Shown: piece by piece, positions 21,809-34,562 of the stretch
Layout of the letters: each line of letters opens with the position of its first letter
Position numbering within the stretch: position 1 is the first letter of the stretch
DNA from: Lophium mytilinum
Lineage: Eukaryota
DNA: 64,000 nucleotides
Direction: 5' to 3'
Assembly: GCA_010093605.1 (NCBI GenBank)
Contig: MU004186.1
Coordinates: 1,840,616-1,904,615 of the forward strand
Position numbers and translations under genes: made by a program
The notes under the pieces: generated by a model
Seen by the model: only the letters and a program-made list of their open reading frames with translations
Databases searched by the model: none
What the model was told of the DNA's origin: nothing

Positions 21809-23763
21809 TTAGATCAATGTGATTGTTCCATCGACAACTCCGGAGAACATCCATGAATTGTTTGAATGAAGGAAGAATGTTCCAATACGTCGATAGTGCT
21901 GTTGGCTGTCTTCAGTACGCTCGAGGATGAGTCCCCGGTGCAAGATTCTAGCTCCAGGATATCCGCTCAATACCCATAACGCAAAGTACGGCGCTCGATT
22001 CTCGGCCAGGTTGTAGTCTGTACTTGGCGAAGCTACACCAATGTCCATATTTCTGTGCACCAGATGCCACTCCAAGCGACTGAGGACTCTGTATGGTAGC
22101 CGAGAGTGTGAATCGATCTGCCGTCCCTCGTGCTGGTGTTTTGTCACGGAAACTGCAACGGTCTTGCCGGACAGTAAGATCTCGCCGTCCGAAACGGCAC
22201 CGAAAGGACCAAGACCGACTGGTGTTGTTGACGTGTGCATGATTTTGATAATGTGCTCTGAGATGTCATGAACATAAGGCCAAGCGATACCAGATTTCAC
22301 TGAACACCATGACCAAGATGGACCGCGATAGGTTTGTGGGGTCGGTATCCTCTCGTCCAGCTCCCAGAGCAACCCACGAATTAGGTCATTTCTCCACAGT
22401 CCTGCCAGATAACAGTCGTTCAGAAGCTGAAACATCTCAAGGGCGATTCCCGATAGTACAGGTAGCTTGTCAGACGGATAAGTAAGAGAGCGAGCCGAAT
22501 AGTGCGACACCAAAGTATACCACCTCTTATATAGGTCGATATGCGTCGCGCCAAGACCAATCTGGTTACAGAAAACGCTCTTTCTGTTCAACCTGGCTTT
22601 CTCAAGCAAAACCTCATCTTCTGACTCGAACTTTGACGCACATTCAAAGTAGATCTGCGCACTAGTGAAGTGTAACATCCTTCGTGAAAGTAGTCTTTCC
22701 TGAAAGGTCCATGTGCGCGAGTTCCACACGGACTCCTCGATCTTCTGGTTGATGAGATCTCTTGGAGTAGAGGACTTATAGCGTGCCAAATAGAAAACGC
22801 CGGTTCTCAAAGCGGGTTCCTCTAGGGGCCAGGTCCATTGCAGTTCCACCCACTCAAAGACCCTGGGAAGCAGAAAACCATCCGCAGAGCAAGCGGCAGA
22901 TGTTGCACATATAGTGAGATATGCTTTACGGTATACGTCTCGCATTTTCGCAGACTCCACCTCCCAGTCGTGTTTATCGTGTTAAATTAGACAAAGAGCA
23001 TCTATCCACAGATATTCCAGGCCAGTTTTGCGAGTGGCTTCTATAGCGTCCCGGAAGTTCGCTGGAAGTGTGTCGAAGTCAATACTTGTGAGTCGTTCTT
23101 CGAAATTGGTGACAGTGGTAGTCGAGTGTGCAGGAAGCTCGCCCCAGCAGTGGGAGAGGGCAGCATATCTTTTCTCCGAGGCCGATGTGATGATGAGTCG
23201 AGGGGGTTCGCTGACATCGATCAGTCTTGTCGGCGCGAAATTTGCCACGTGCTCATTACGCGTGCAGGTCGCGTGGCCAGCATCGCATTGATCGAGCCAT
23301 GATGAGATGAGTTCGAGATTGCGACCAGATAATGCTTCCCGACTAGGGCTCCGACGTTGCAAGTCGAGCGGACTAGGGCCGGCATCACCTGCATAATTAT
23401 TAGGTAGTGCAGATATGGGAGAAGAAGGGATGAAGTCTCCTTACCGACACTTTTGTAGGTAGATAACTTCATCTCACCCAGATACTCACTCTCTGACCAG
23501 ACTGAAATGGCCAACTAATAGGGCTCGTACATGTTTACTTTTTCTTCACCCCCATAATACCTCAGCCTCTTGTACTTTGCATCTCTGAGAGAGATATTAA
23601 GGTCAACAGTCAGTGAACGAACGTGCCATTTCAAGTGTTCTTCAATTTCGCTCTGAAGCAAAGGGTATAAGGAGCAACCCGCAGCGGCGAATTGTCGTAG
23701 ACCTTTGAGACTAGGGTACGAATCTACTAACTGATATGCAAGACGTATCTCGTAGGGTTACCA
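21809..23763 (-). pseudogene. HET-domain (heterokaryon incompatibility) gene with premature stop
   Basis: PTRLIDV, YAALSHCWG, LPANFRDAI, YLWIDALCLI*HDKHDWEVESAKMRDVY, RTWTFQERLLSRR, YLAGLWR, PSWSW. In-frame TAA at 22982-22984 sits where the conserved Q belongs. The 5' boundary is approximate. Confidence 0.8.
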
Positions 23764-24809
23764 TTTCCCAGGCTCAATCGACGGAGGGCTGTAAGCTATA
23801 CTATGACTATCAATTTGGAGACGCTGGCAGTCAACGCAGAGGGCTTGAGTGGTGCCACCGGAAAGGGCCTTGGTTTTATGCTCAGCGGGGTCCATTTCTC
23901 TTTCTGCCCAATAGCAAGTCAAGCCTGGTTAGGTCTGATTGAATGTGAGAGCATTGGAATGTGGAGAGAGCGGGCAAGAAGCAGAAGAACGCCTAGCCTT
24001 TAACCTGACAATTGAATGAAACGGGATTATGATAAACAAGACAAGCTGTACCTAAGTTGAGTGCTGAGGTGTCTGCTATCCTATAATTTCGTTTTGTAAC
24101 ATAACACTATTTGGTTGATGAATGGCCTCCCCTGATCTATCTTAGACACTGAGCGTCTGACTTGCCAAGTGTCTAGGCGCGAAGCTGGCCGAGTGACTTG
24201 AAATGAAAGTGGAGTGAATGTCAACTGGAAGAAAGGATGTTGCGAGAGCTGGACACACGGAGAAGCGTATCAGCCTAGGCTAAGAGGGGCTTCGTGCTCC
24301 CGCAGCTGGTGCCTGATGAGGCTGCGAGTTCCAGCGTGGCTGTGGAGGTCATGTGAGGCTGAAGTGAATGTCGAGGTTGCCTTGCTGCCTTGCTGCGTCT
24401 CGCGTGGCTCCCGATTTCTCGCCAATCTCCCCTCCCCCACCTTTTATGGCCGGCTTTAGCCGACGATGCCGGAAGGTCAACAACAGACCAACACTGTGCC
24501 AGATGCCACGCCGTAGAAGAAGTACCGGCGGCGGCTGCCACCACTACACCCAATTCACTCTGGCCCATCGCCTGGCCGACGGAGCTATTTGCCCCTGCGC
24601 CGTTCCTTGTGCGCCCCGTGCCTGACTGGCCTGCGAAGACGCTGCGTTTGGCCCGCCGTAGCATCGAGTCTTTGCCCCGCTGCCCGTTTTGTCCCTCTCC
24701 ACCTCGCTCTTCCAGCTATGACTGAGCTATCTACGGCTCTCTCCATTCACACACGTCATTACTAGCAGTAGTATCGCATTGCCATCCGCCGTCTGCGTAC
24801 CTAGCGTCA

Positions 24810-26193
24810 ATGTACCTCAAGCTATCGCCTCGAACCTCCGAGGAGCAGGGCCTCGCCCCGGAACAGCTGGAGCTCATCATCACCAACATCGAGAAGAAGA
24901 AACAGAAGCTCGAGGACGACATTGCCCAGTACATACAGGCGAGGCAGCATGATCTTCATGAATATGAGCAAACGGTACCTAGGCAGTCGTACATACGCTC
25001 GGACGCCACATGACTGACTCTCCCAGCTCCTAGGCAGCACGCCCGCGCCCTCCGCCGCCTCTATCAGCCAAATACAGCCCCTCAGCAATATACAGCCGCC
25101 CTCCCGAACCCGCGATGCTACACCTCCCAGCGACAACTCACTTGAACCCACTCCCGCGACCACCGAAACATTGAAGCCGTTGAAGCCAAATCGGGTACAC
25201 AAACGCGAACTGGAGCTCCGCGGACTGATGGCATTTATACCTCTCCTAGATGCGAATGATATTGCGACGACCAAGCAGAAAAAGGCACGATCGAAGGGCA
25301 AGGAGACGCGTTCTGAAGCTGAAAGCTCGTTGTCCAGTCTAGGAGAGAGCTCGAGATCCGCTGCTTCAGCCGTCATATCAGGCTCAGGGGACCCTTCGAA
25401 AATGCAAGGACGAACGATCGAGCCAGAGCCGGCAACTACAGCAGATTCGGAGACCACTGGAGCATCTGTGCCGAAAAGGAAGAAGTCAACAGCCGAGTTG
25501 AAGGGCAAGCGAGTGGGAACGCGAAAGTCCTCCCTGCGCCGCATTCCGAGCTCTAAAGCCATACATCGGAAACGAGTCTCTTTAGTAGTCGATGACCAGA
25601 TCGTGCATCCCTCCGATAGCCTCATAGTCACTAGCCCTCTTTCGGACTCCACTACGAATGCCTCCTCCAACGCATCATCATCCATGGAAGACATTCACGA
25701 GACAGCGCACGCATCTGACCCAGGGCCAGTTCATCATAGTCTAAGTATGAGCCCTGAGAAACAGGCCACCACTGCTCTCTTTGCGACACCGGCATCACTT
25801 CAGTATGAACCGCCACAGACTGTAACAGAGGATTTCATAGAGCACGACGAACGATTACCACGAAGTCCCGATGAGGAGGCTTCGGCTATATACGCTGATG
25901 AACCTCCTGCGCCCATATCGACCTACGTCGGCGGCTTGAGTGGTTCTGGTGCCGACGACGTGGATCAGGCGGGAAGCTATGGATACCCTGCCAGCTTGGG
26001 TGCCTCATATATGGAATCATACATGGCTTCGCGCCCACTCAGTGTTCGAATTGCAGCAGCAGAGAAGGCAGAGCTTGAAGAGGAGGAGGCGAGGAAGTTG
26101 GTGCGCCCAGAGGAAAGGGCGGATGTGGCAGTTGGTAGAGTCGAGGAGATGGATCTCGATGATGGGTTTCTGGGAGAGATGGACAACATCTGA
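24810..26193 (+). CDS. Hypothetical protein: N-terminal coiled coil followed by a low-complexity region
   Basis: Exon 24810-24974, intron 24975-25026 (GTACCT..CTGAC..CAG), exon 25027-26193 in frame with the 25171 ORF. Confidence 0.7.
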
Positions 26194-26821
26194 GACGATC
26201 GTTGTCGAAGCATATGTCAGCTACAAAAGGCTTATGACGACGTTTGGATTTGGAGTCCAAGACGAATATTCGCTGCTTTGCGATTTACTAAGCCTGCAAT
26301 TGCCTACCCCTAGCCGCAAGCCCGAGCATCGAAGCAGCAAGGGAGATGGGTAGCTCCGGTTTGGACCTTGATGCTCAGTGGGACTGATACTCACAGTCAA
26401 GGCGCACCTGCAGCCTGTGTAAGTATTCTCTTCTACGTAGTGAGAGGGGCTTCCATGCAATACAGCATCGATTGCCATGTTACCTAAATGCAAGCTCAAA
26501 ATGTGAACAACCAACAGCCCTTCAAACGTTCTACTTCCCTTTACTCACAAACTTAATACCACGAATATTTTTCAATTGTCCGACTCTTAAATTCAATTGG
26601 CGGTCCATCTAGACTCTCTTATAACGCATCGTCACGCCCACAGCGTTCGCAGCTACAGGCGTACACTTTCCATTCAACCACTATGCACAAAGCACTATTC
26701 CGTCTTGGGGCTTGACGACACGTAGACCGAGTATTATTTACACGACACAACGGAGTCAAGACTCCGCAAGCCGAAACATCACACACTGTTCTTACACCCA
26801 CCATCAACCGCCATTAGATCA

Positions 26822-27587
26822 TTATTGCCCCCCGCCCCCATATCCACCCGAGGAACTCGCCGCATCCTTCACAGGATCGTACGCAGGCCGCGGCGGCGTC
26901 GCTGCCTCCGTATTCGACGTATATCGAGCGAGCGGCGAGTGCTGCTGCGGCGGTGGCGACCGAACCGGCTCGTAAGGACTCCGATACCCATACGCCACCG
27001 TCTCCTCTTCTCCCTGCTCTTGACCCGTCTCACCTCCCTCGCCCATCTCCCCTTCTTGATTCATCACTATGAAACACCTGTAAGCCCAGTCCACCACATC
27101 AAACCACACCAAACGCAACTACACCGAAGTGAGAACCTACAAAACAGCCTCCGTGCCTCCCGCATCGCCTGGCTCATCCGCCATATCAACACGCTCTGAT
27201 TGATCCGCGGGATGTTCTCTGCGTCAAGTCGTAGGTTGATGGCGGTCCACAGCGCGTTCTGCTCGCTCGCGGGGAGCGAGATCCAGGATTGGTATTGGGG
27301 GCGATGTTGGACGTAACGGTCGGCTTCGAGGCGGGATATCAACTAACACACCACTCCCATTAGTTCTACCGACGCCCCAGTATATACCAACACCAACAGC
27401 GGGTCCACAAAACGACAAGAAATCTGAGGGAAACGACAGAAACCGCTAGGGCTGAGCCGCACTGAAACAAAAAAGACCCTGATGCTGTGCCACATACCAA
27501 GAAGCGCCGCCACTGTATCAGATCAAACCCCGTCGCCTCGCGCGCCTCGCCCGCTTTGGCGCTGACCTTGACATCTTGCATATTCAA
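26822..27587 (-). CDS. Small spliced hypothetical protein
   Basis: Pieces MNMQDVKV...WRRFL | ISRLEADRY...WRMSQAMREARRLF | MNQEGE...RPAYDPVKD joined by GT..AG introns; exact junctions uncertain. Confidence 0.5.
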
Positions 27588-28240
27588 AAGAAGCTCTGCT
27601 TTGAGGAATAGAAATCTTCGGAAGATAGGGAAGGTTCAGAGGATCGAGAGAGAGACGATGTGGGAGAAACTTACTGGGCTAGGCTGGGGTGCGTTTGTCT
27701 TTATGTGGCCCAGCAACGCTGTGGTTGTCTGCGCCGCAATGCCCGCCAAGAGTGGTGCCTCCAGAGTGTCGGGTTACACGAGGGTCACGTGGGGATGCAT
27801 GTGCCGCTGGGTCCGTCCCAGGGGGGTGGGAGCGGTGGTATATGCTACGATACGGGGTTGGTTGGGGGGTTTTCCGGTGAGAGGATGGAGATGGTAGAGA
27901 GCCCCCTTGCGTCAAAGACGTAGGGTCCGGCTGGCCGCCATCAGCGGAGTCATGACCGCGTATATGCCACCGCGGATATTGCTGCACTCCCTCCGTTACC
28001 TTTAGTCTTGCTTTCATGACTTGTCAGACAGAAAAGGACGCCAACCCAGCACTCAACGACAGATACAGAATAACCGCTCTAAAATTCTGCTATATCCCCT
28101 CAGTCGCCCTAATCCCGCTCTTCCAATGCAATCCACAACCATCAACCCAAACCCCATTAACAATGCCTATGTCAATAGAAGATCTGTACAGTATAATACA
28201 AAGCCTACACCTCCTCCCAGGCCCCTGTCTTGCCTGAATC

Positions 28241-31200
28241 CTAATCCTTCCTCACCCTCGCCGCCCCCTCATCTGCCCCTCTCTCCGTCCCAAACCCATA
28301 CGCACTCTTCTTCTTCCTCCCCCTGCGATCCCCGAACTGCTCGTCAAACTTCTTGATCGCGCCGAGGCTGGACATATCCTCCGAGATACTAGCGCTGATC
28401 TCTTGCATCGCCTTCTCGAAGTGACGTTTGTGCAGGATGCGCTTCTCGGGGAACTGGTACTTCAGTCCGGGAACGAGTTGCGGAGGGCGGTCGGAGGGAG
28501 TTTCTGACTGGTCCGAGGATTCTAGTTCCGGGGCTGCGTCGGTGCTTGGATCCGAGGTAGACTCGGACATAGACTTGGCCATTGCAATTGCCGCTTGTTC
28601 GTTCTCTTCCCTGACGCACGCCAGCGCAGCTGCCACGACCAGATTCTTCAGGTCGCTGCCACTGTACAGCGGAGTCAACTCAGACAACTCTGTGACATTG
28701 ACGTCCTTGGCTAATGCCTCGCCCTTAAGGTGGATGTCCAAGATCTTCTTCCGGTCCAGCTGTGTCGGTAGATCGACGAGAAGTCGTCTTGGCAGCCGCC
28801 TCAGCACGGCGTCGTCGAGATCAAAGGGTCGGTTCGTCGCAACCATGATGAAGACGCTGAGATCATTCATGCCGTCCCACTCCTTGAGGAACTGGTTGAT
28901 GATCTCGCGGTGACTTGTCCGCTGTCTGCCTCCATCACGGGACCCGAAAATAGCATCCGCCTCATCAATGAAGACGACGCAGGGCGAAAGCTTGCGGGCA
29001 AGGGAGAAAATAGCTCGCACGTTCTTTTCGCCCTCTCCGACGTACATATCGTAGACCTCGCTACCAGAGACCTCGAGCACGGTGGCGCCGCTCTCTTTTG
29101 CCACGGCTTTAGCAAGAAGCGTTTTGCCAGTTCCCGGCGGTCCGTAAAGGAGGAGACCAGGGATCTTATCAGTAGCCAAAACACCATATTTGAACGCTTC
29201 TGGGCGTAGTAAGGACAGCGAAGTTAGCATCCTGAGCGACTCGATGGTCTCGGTTGGCGCGTGGACGTCTGAAAAGGTCGTGTTGATCTTCTCCGGATCA
29301 ATGACTCCGCCAAGGAGCCGTTTTTCGTGCTTGTTCGCTTTGGATTTGATGAGATCGTGCTTGCTGTTGGCCTGCTGTGTTGTTGGGCCGGTTGAATCCT
29401 TTGACTCTTTTCCATCCTTTGCGCGTATCTTATTCTCGGATGCGACCCAAGAAAATTTGGTCTCGTCACTACTGTCCAGCAGCTGTATAGCTAAGGAGAT
29501 GTGCGCAGCAGAGATTTGAGAGCTGTCTCCCTTAGAGCGGTGGATTCCGATAGCAGTTAGAGCAATTCGGTGGACTTCGTCAAAGAAAAGCACTCTATCC
29601 TGACACACATTGGGCTCACTTGTCCGGAAGGGTAGCTTGATACGATGCTCGGGGTCGGCGAGATCGCGTGAGGCCACTGGACTAAGACACCTCAGCATAT
29701 CTTGAATATGGCGAAGATTTATATCCATGGTCCTTGACGACTCCGCCCAATTCGAAGCTTTGGCCTCCTTTGTGGCCGGTACAAATGGACCAGCAAGCAT
29801 CCTTCTCTGGCCAGCCGTATCCCGGAAGAAAGGTACAATGATGGTTCTCGAATAGCTCTCTGGATTCTCGCGGTCAGCCTGTAGGCCTCGCACTCCAGCC
29901 TTAGAGTATTCTGGCATTAGATCGGTGGACGAAGTGGTGCCAATGATCATCGTATTTTCGCCCTCGCTTCTTCGTTTTCGAACTATCTCTTGCAATTTTG
30001 TTAGGATTTGACTGCCTCTTTGGGTACCTCCAAGCTCTTTTATGTCTTTAATGTGGATGATCTTACTACGCTCTGGAATGGATGTTAATTGTGTAGTGGC
30101 TTTTTCTTCAAGCTTCTGCTCCTTCAATTTGAGTTCGATGCGACTTTGTACATCCGGAGCAAGCAAAGAACTTAAATCAATCTCAAATGGCGATGGAGGT
30201 TTTGCGGATTCGGAGTTGTTTGAATTCATTTCAGTGCCTAGTCCATGGGTTGTGGCTTCGGTAGGTTGCTCGACCGACAATTTTTGCGCCTTCTCGTCTT
30301 GTAATGCGGCAGAGTCGAAAAAGAAGGGTGCAGCAGCCTGGAACTTTGGAGAGTCTACCGACTTTTTGACGACCCTCTTCATACTAGGTCTACTTCTCTT
30401 GTCATCATTGGCATCAACCAAAGCTTCGAGTAATGTATTGAGCTTTATGTCCTCCCACTGCTCATTCTGCGAGGAAGTCCGCGGTGAGCCGGAAGCGGGC
30501 GCAAACACACCCCTTTCGCGTCCACCTCCCGTTCCCGCAGACGCTAATGCTCTGAAGATAGGTGATTTCGTAAGACCCTGGATATCTATGAAATGGACCG
30601 CTCCGGGTACCATGTTTCCTTTGCCGCTGGAGAGTGGTTTGCCAGTGGGGAAACCAAGGGCAGGGGGTGAAGACTCGGGTGCTTCGTCATCCTCTTGCGC
30701 TTCTTCATTCTCTTCTAGAAATTCCATACTTTCCTGGAGATCGGATTTCATTCGGTATGTGTCATAGCCTAGCGAGCGTATTGATTGGGACATAGGGTCA
30801 GGGCTGTCGCCCATATAGCCTCCAGCAAGCTCGGCAAGGTCCTGAGCATCGATTGAAACAACATCGGCGCCGAATTCGGTAGCCATTGATTGGACCACCG
30901 CAGACAAAAAATGCTCGCTCCCTTCCGCCGGACAGTGTAGGAGTAAATTGGTCTTCGCAGATGGGAAAGACGCGCCGGTTTCTGGCTGTACAGTAAAAAG
31001 GCAGGCAGCGATCGTGGCCTTTATTTCAGCTTCTATCAAGTAGTGTAGGTCGGCGATGACATCGAAATGGGAAAATTTGTTCCATTTCTTGGTGTTGTCG
31101 TGCACCTGTTTGATGTACTTTTCAGAAAGATCCCAGGTGTTCTTGAAGCCACGTTCGTAGCCACCTGTTGTCGAGAAGTCGGTATCCTTTGGGATGACGC

Positions 31201-31876
31201 CGGCTTCTTTCTCCGCCGACTCCATTAGGTTTCTTATCTTCTGCTTTGTTTCTGCTCCAATCGCCTCCGGTCGCGTCTCAGCGGCTATGCTCCTCCACAG
31301 TGCTGTTATATCGTACATAATGTTGAGGATGCGTAGAGTAGGTGTAAAGAAGGCAAATTTCGCATACAATTCCCCAGTCCTCCTATCCGTAACCCTCAAT
31401 GAGCAGTGTGACAGAAGTGTTTTCAGGCTCTTGACCTCCTCCATACTCCAGCCATGTTCCTCGCTCAACACGACGTTCCGCCTCAAGAACCATTTCGGGA
31501 GATGTACGGGTGGAAGCTCCTGGGATCGATTATGACGCTGTGAGCGCTTTAATGCGGAACCGTAGTGTCGTACCGACTCCTTGGCCTTTTGCAGCTTCTT
31601 CGCTATGATATCCGGGTCCTCAGACGTTGCTGCGTCTTGCGAAACACCCTCTGGGACGGCCGCCGCGGCCGGTTCCCGGGCTTTCTCGGGCTCGCCATCG
31701 CGCTCAACGGTCGGGTTTTGGGGATCAGTTGGAGGGGTCGATGTCTGCGCAGCGGAAGAGGTATTGTGGAAGTGCCGATTCCGTGGTGGGAGAGGATATC
31801 GACGACCGCTGACGATCCGAGCAGGAGACCTAGATCGAGACGCCGAGCGCAGTGTTCGCCACGCTACGGCATGCAT
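28241..31876 (-). CDS. AAA+ ATPase (Msp1/ATAD1-spastin-like), probably mitochondrial
   Basis: Walker A GPPGTGKT, Walker B VVFIDEAD, SRH MVATNRPFDLDDAVLRRLPRR; Arg/Ser-rich presequence-like N-terminus; 1211-aa single ORF. Confidence 0.92.
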   Translation of the reverse strand: MHAVAWRTLRSASRSRSPARIVSGRRYPLPPRNRHFHNTSSAAQTSTPPTDPQNPTVERDGEPEKAREPAAAAVPEGVSQDAATSEDPDIIAKKLQKAKESVRHYGSALKRSQRHNRSQELPPVHLPKWFLRRNVVLSEEHGWSMEEVKSLKTLLSHCSLRVTDRRTGELYAKFAFFTPTLRILNIMYDITALWRSIAAETRPEAIGAETKQKIRNLMESAEKEAGVIPKDTDFSTTGGYERGFKNTWDLSEKYIKQVHDNTKKWNKFSHFDVIADLHYLIEAEIKATIAACLFTVQPETGASFPSAKTNLLLHCPAEGSEHFLSAVVQSMATEFGADVVSIDAQDLAELAGGYMGDSPDPMSQSIRSLGYDTYRMKSDLQESMEFLEENEEAQEDDEAPESSPPALGFPTGKPLSSGKGNMVPGAVHFIDIQGLTKSPIFRALASAGTGGGRERGVFAPASGSPRTSSQNEQWEDIKLNTLLEALVDANDDKRSRPSMKRVVKKSVDSPKFQAAAPFFFDSAALQDEKAQKLSVEQPTEATTHGLGTEMNSNNSESAKPPSPFEIDLSSLLAPDVQSRIELKLKEQKLEEKATTQLTSIPERSKIIHIKDIKELGGTQRGSQILTKLQEIVRKRRSEGENTMIIGTTSSTDLMPEYSKAGVRGLQADRENPESYSRTIIVPFFRDTAGQRRMLAGPFVPATKEAKASNWAESSRTMDINLRHIQDMLRCLSPVASRDLADPEHRIKLPFRTSEPNVCQDRVLFFDEVHRIALTAIGIHRSKGDSSQISAAHISLAIQLLDSSDETKFSWVASENKIRAKDGKESKDSTGPTTQQANSKHDLIKSKANKHEKRLLGGVIDPEKINTTFSDVHAPTETIESLRMLTSLSLLRPEAFKYGVLATDKIPGLLLYGPPGTGKTLLAKAVAKESGATVLEVSGSEVYDMYVGEGEKNVRAIFSLARKLSPCVVFIDEADAIFGSRDGGRQRTSHREIINQFLKEWDGMNDLSVFIMVATNRPFDLDDAVLRRLPRRLLVDLPTQLDRKKILDIHLKGEALAKDVNVTELSELTPLYSGSDLKNLVVAAALACVREENEQAAIAMAKSMSESTSDPSTDAAPELESSDQSETPSDRPPQLVPGLKYQFPEKRILHKRHFEKAMQEISASISEDMSSLGAIKKFDEQFGDRRGRKKKSAYGFGTERGADEGAARVRKD

Positions 31877-32783
31877 CCGGGATCAGGCCGCTCGAGTGAG
31901 CTCTGGGTGCTGGAGAGGAGGCGTGGAGCGAGGTCGGTGGAGAACAATGGCGGGCAACGTCTGTTTCCTTGAAACCTTCAAGATCCTCACAAATTATGCC
32001 AAGAAACCGGTGGCACCTTTCCCTTTCGGGCGACTGGGATAAATATCTGACGGCATCAGATTCACATGTTCTCCTTGACGACAGATCAGACACTACAATA
32101 GAGGTACACTAATGACATCTAGCGAAGTCACATGTGTATAACATCGGATGCAAGGCTTATGGCACTTGAAGGCGATCACGTTAAATCTTCCTGGCTTCTC
32201 ATTGGCTATCATCGCCTTGCACAAGAGACAGTTATTGTGGATATAGTGTAACTATGTGTGTGTGATAGAGTCAAATGTACATATGGAAGAAGCTAGATGA
32301 TTTCAATATGTTCGGGCATCCGCAGTTCCCACCTAAAAAGGGTAACATCAAACATAATCAATTCAAATACGGAGTCAAAGATTACCAGGACATCATCTGC
32401 GATGAAGTCCCACAAAATCGATAGGTGTGCTTCAGCGATCACTCCCGTCCGTGTTCATCCGTGTTGTGGTGGTACATGTTGGAGTTCTCTCACTGGGTTG
32501 ATTCCATGGATTGCGGCATTAGAGACACAAGATCAGAGTAATCAGAGCAAGAACTAAAGATGCTTGGTTGAACCGTCCCAACTTCGAACAGGGCAAAGAC
32601 CTGACCCCTATGTGCCAAAGATCTTAACATAGTATAAGAAACGCATCGCATCACTCGTACATGTGTTTCAGCTTGAGCCTTCGTTGAAGTTGAAGGTCGA
32701 AGAATAGGACCTACAAATCGTAAAAGTCATGACAAAAGCAGGTTAGAATCATCTTGAAAAGGGCCCCATATACCGTTACTCAC

Positions 32784-34479
32784 ATGACCCCAGATTTCGT
32801 GGCGAGTAATGCGTATACTGGGACGGAAGAGTCTATCGGCTCGTCCGAAACGAGAGACAACACAAACAACACAGAACATGCGCAGCAGGACTCTGCAGCA
32901 TCAGAAGACATTTCATCTTTTAACAACTCGGATCGCATGCCCGACGCTGATGAGGAGAGTCTTATGGGAAGTGGTCTAAGTGGCCAACAGGAGAACCCGC
33001 CCAATACCAAAGAGAAAACCACAAAAATGCAGCAGTTTCTCGTCATAGCGACGGCTTTCGCTACTGTTTTCCAAACGTCAGGCACGTTGCATGGATTCTG
33101 CCTCTTCAGGTAGCGAGTGACTAACCTTGACCGCAGGCTTGGATGGGGCTTTTGGTATCTTTCAGGCTCACTACACGTCCGGGGAGTCGCAAATCATGCG
33201 CCCTGATGAAGCTCGAAATCGGGCCGCAATTGGAGCCATCGGATCCTTGGCTTCTGATGGGCTTCTTACAGTGTTCGCATTCATGTTCACCCCATATCTC
33301 GAGAACCGTGCTGGTATCCGGCGGATTCTGGTGGTAGGGAATGCGATGTTCTCGCTCGGTTTGGGACTGGCCGCAGCTAGTACGAGGGTGGGCGTCTTTC
33401 CAATACTATACCTGTAAGGTGAATACTGACAGAAGGCTTCATAGTACTGGCAGGTAGTGCTCACGCAGGGTCTGATAGGCGGGATTGGCTCAGGTCTTGT
33501 TCAGATGCCGCTCATAATGCTCGTGCCTGAATACTTTTCCAACCGCCCTGGGAAAGCTATGGGCGCTGTGACTTGCGGTAAGCAGACTGATTAAAAGGCC
33601 TTTGAGAATGAATGCACTAACAAATACACAGCTGGTAGCCTCGGAGGACTTACTTACACGCCGCTTATCCAATTAATGCTCGAAAACATCGGAACACGCA
33701 AGACGCTTGGTGTGCTCTGCGCCACCAACGCCGCAGTCCTGGCGATAGCAACTACCTTCGCACAGGGACCTCGAAAGTTTGCAAAGCGTAGCACATGCCG
33801 TGTCCCTTGGCCAAGATTCAAGGAGCCCATCTTTCTACTGGCTGTCCTGATGACTCTTTTCAACGCGCTCTCGATCTCCACTCCGCTGCAGTATGGACCG
33901 GACTTCAGTCAATCGCTTGGGTTTAGTACTACAACGGCAGCTACGCTTTTGGCTATTCATATCGGAATCGGTTCCTTTTCCAGAATGCTGATAGGCCATT
34001 TCGGAGACAAAATCGGATATATGAACACGCTGATACTCGGTATGGCCGTGACATCGCTCGCAACGTGGACTTTCTGGTTGGAAGCAGCGTTAAATCAAAT
34101 CGCATGGCCATGGTGTGTTTTCATCGCTTGTCATGGCTCGGCTGGCACCGTGTATTCGACCCTGTTCACCAGCCTAAGCGTGCAACTCTTCGGGAACGAA
34201 AACTATATCGCTGTATCTGGAATCCTCGGTTGCGCTCGAGGCATTGGCTACGTGGCCGGCAGCCCATTGGCTGGCCTTATCCTTGGAGAGGCACAAGACC
34301 ACGACAAATCCAGCAAGGACTTCAAGGCAATGATCATCTGGACTGCCTGCCTTCTATCCGGGTGCACTGTTTGCCTCGTGGTGATACAGAGAATCGAAGC
34401 TCGCAAGAGATACCGAAAATGGAAGGTCTCGTACGCAAGAGAGGCTCAACCTTTGGAAAGGGCTGTGGAATCCAAGTAG
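32784..34479 (+). CDS. MFS transporter, monocarboxylate porter (MCT/Mch-like) family
   Basis: Spliced ORFs with many hydrophobic helices; GAFGIFQ, PEYFSNRPG and GHFGDKIG loop motifs. Confidence 0.85.
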
Positions 34480-34562
34480 TAAACCGCGTTTCTAGTAATT
34501 TTGGGATCATGGCAGAGCGGGTGGCGGCAAGTCGGGCATACAATGAGTCGAAAGAGCAAGGA

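Noticed and set aside
28389..32093. Antisense and alternate-frame ORFs over the AAA ATPase (likewise over dynactin, WD40 and HET genes)
   Set aside because: Shadows of codon bias in real genes
32784..34479. MFS transporter as exporter for the putative peptide
   Set aside because: About 26 kb away among unrelated genes and of the monocarboxylate-porter type; no evidence of linkage
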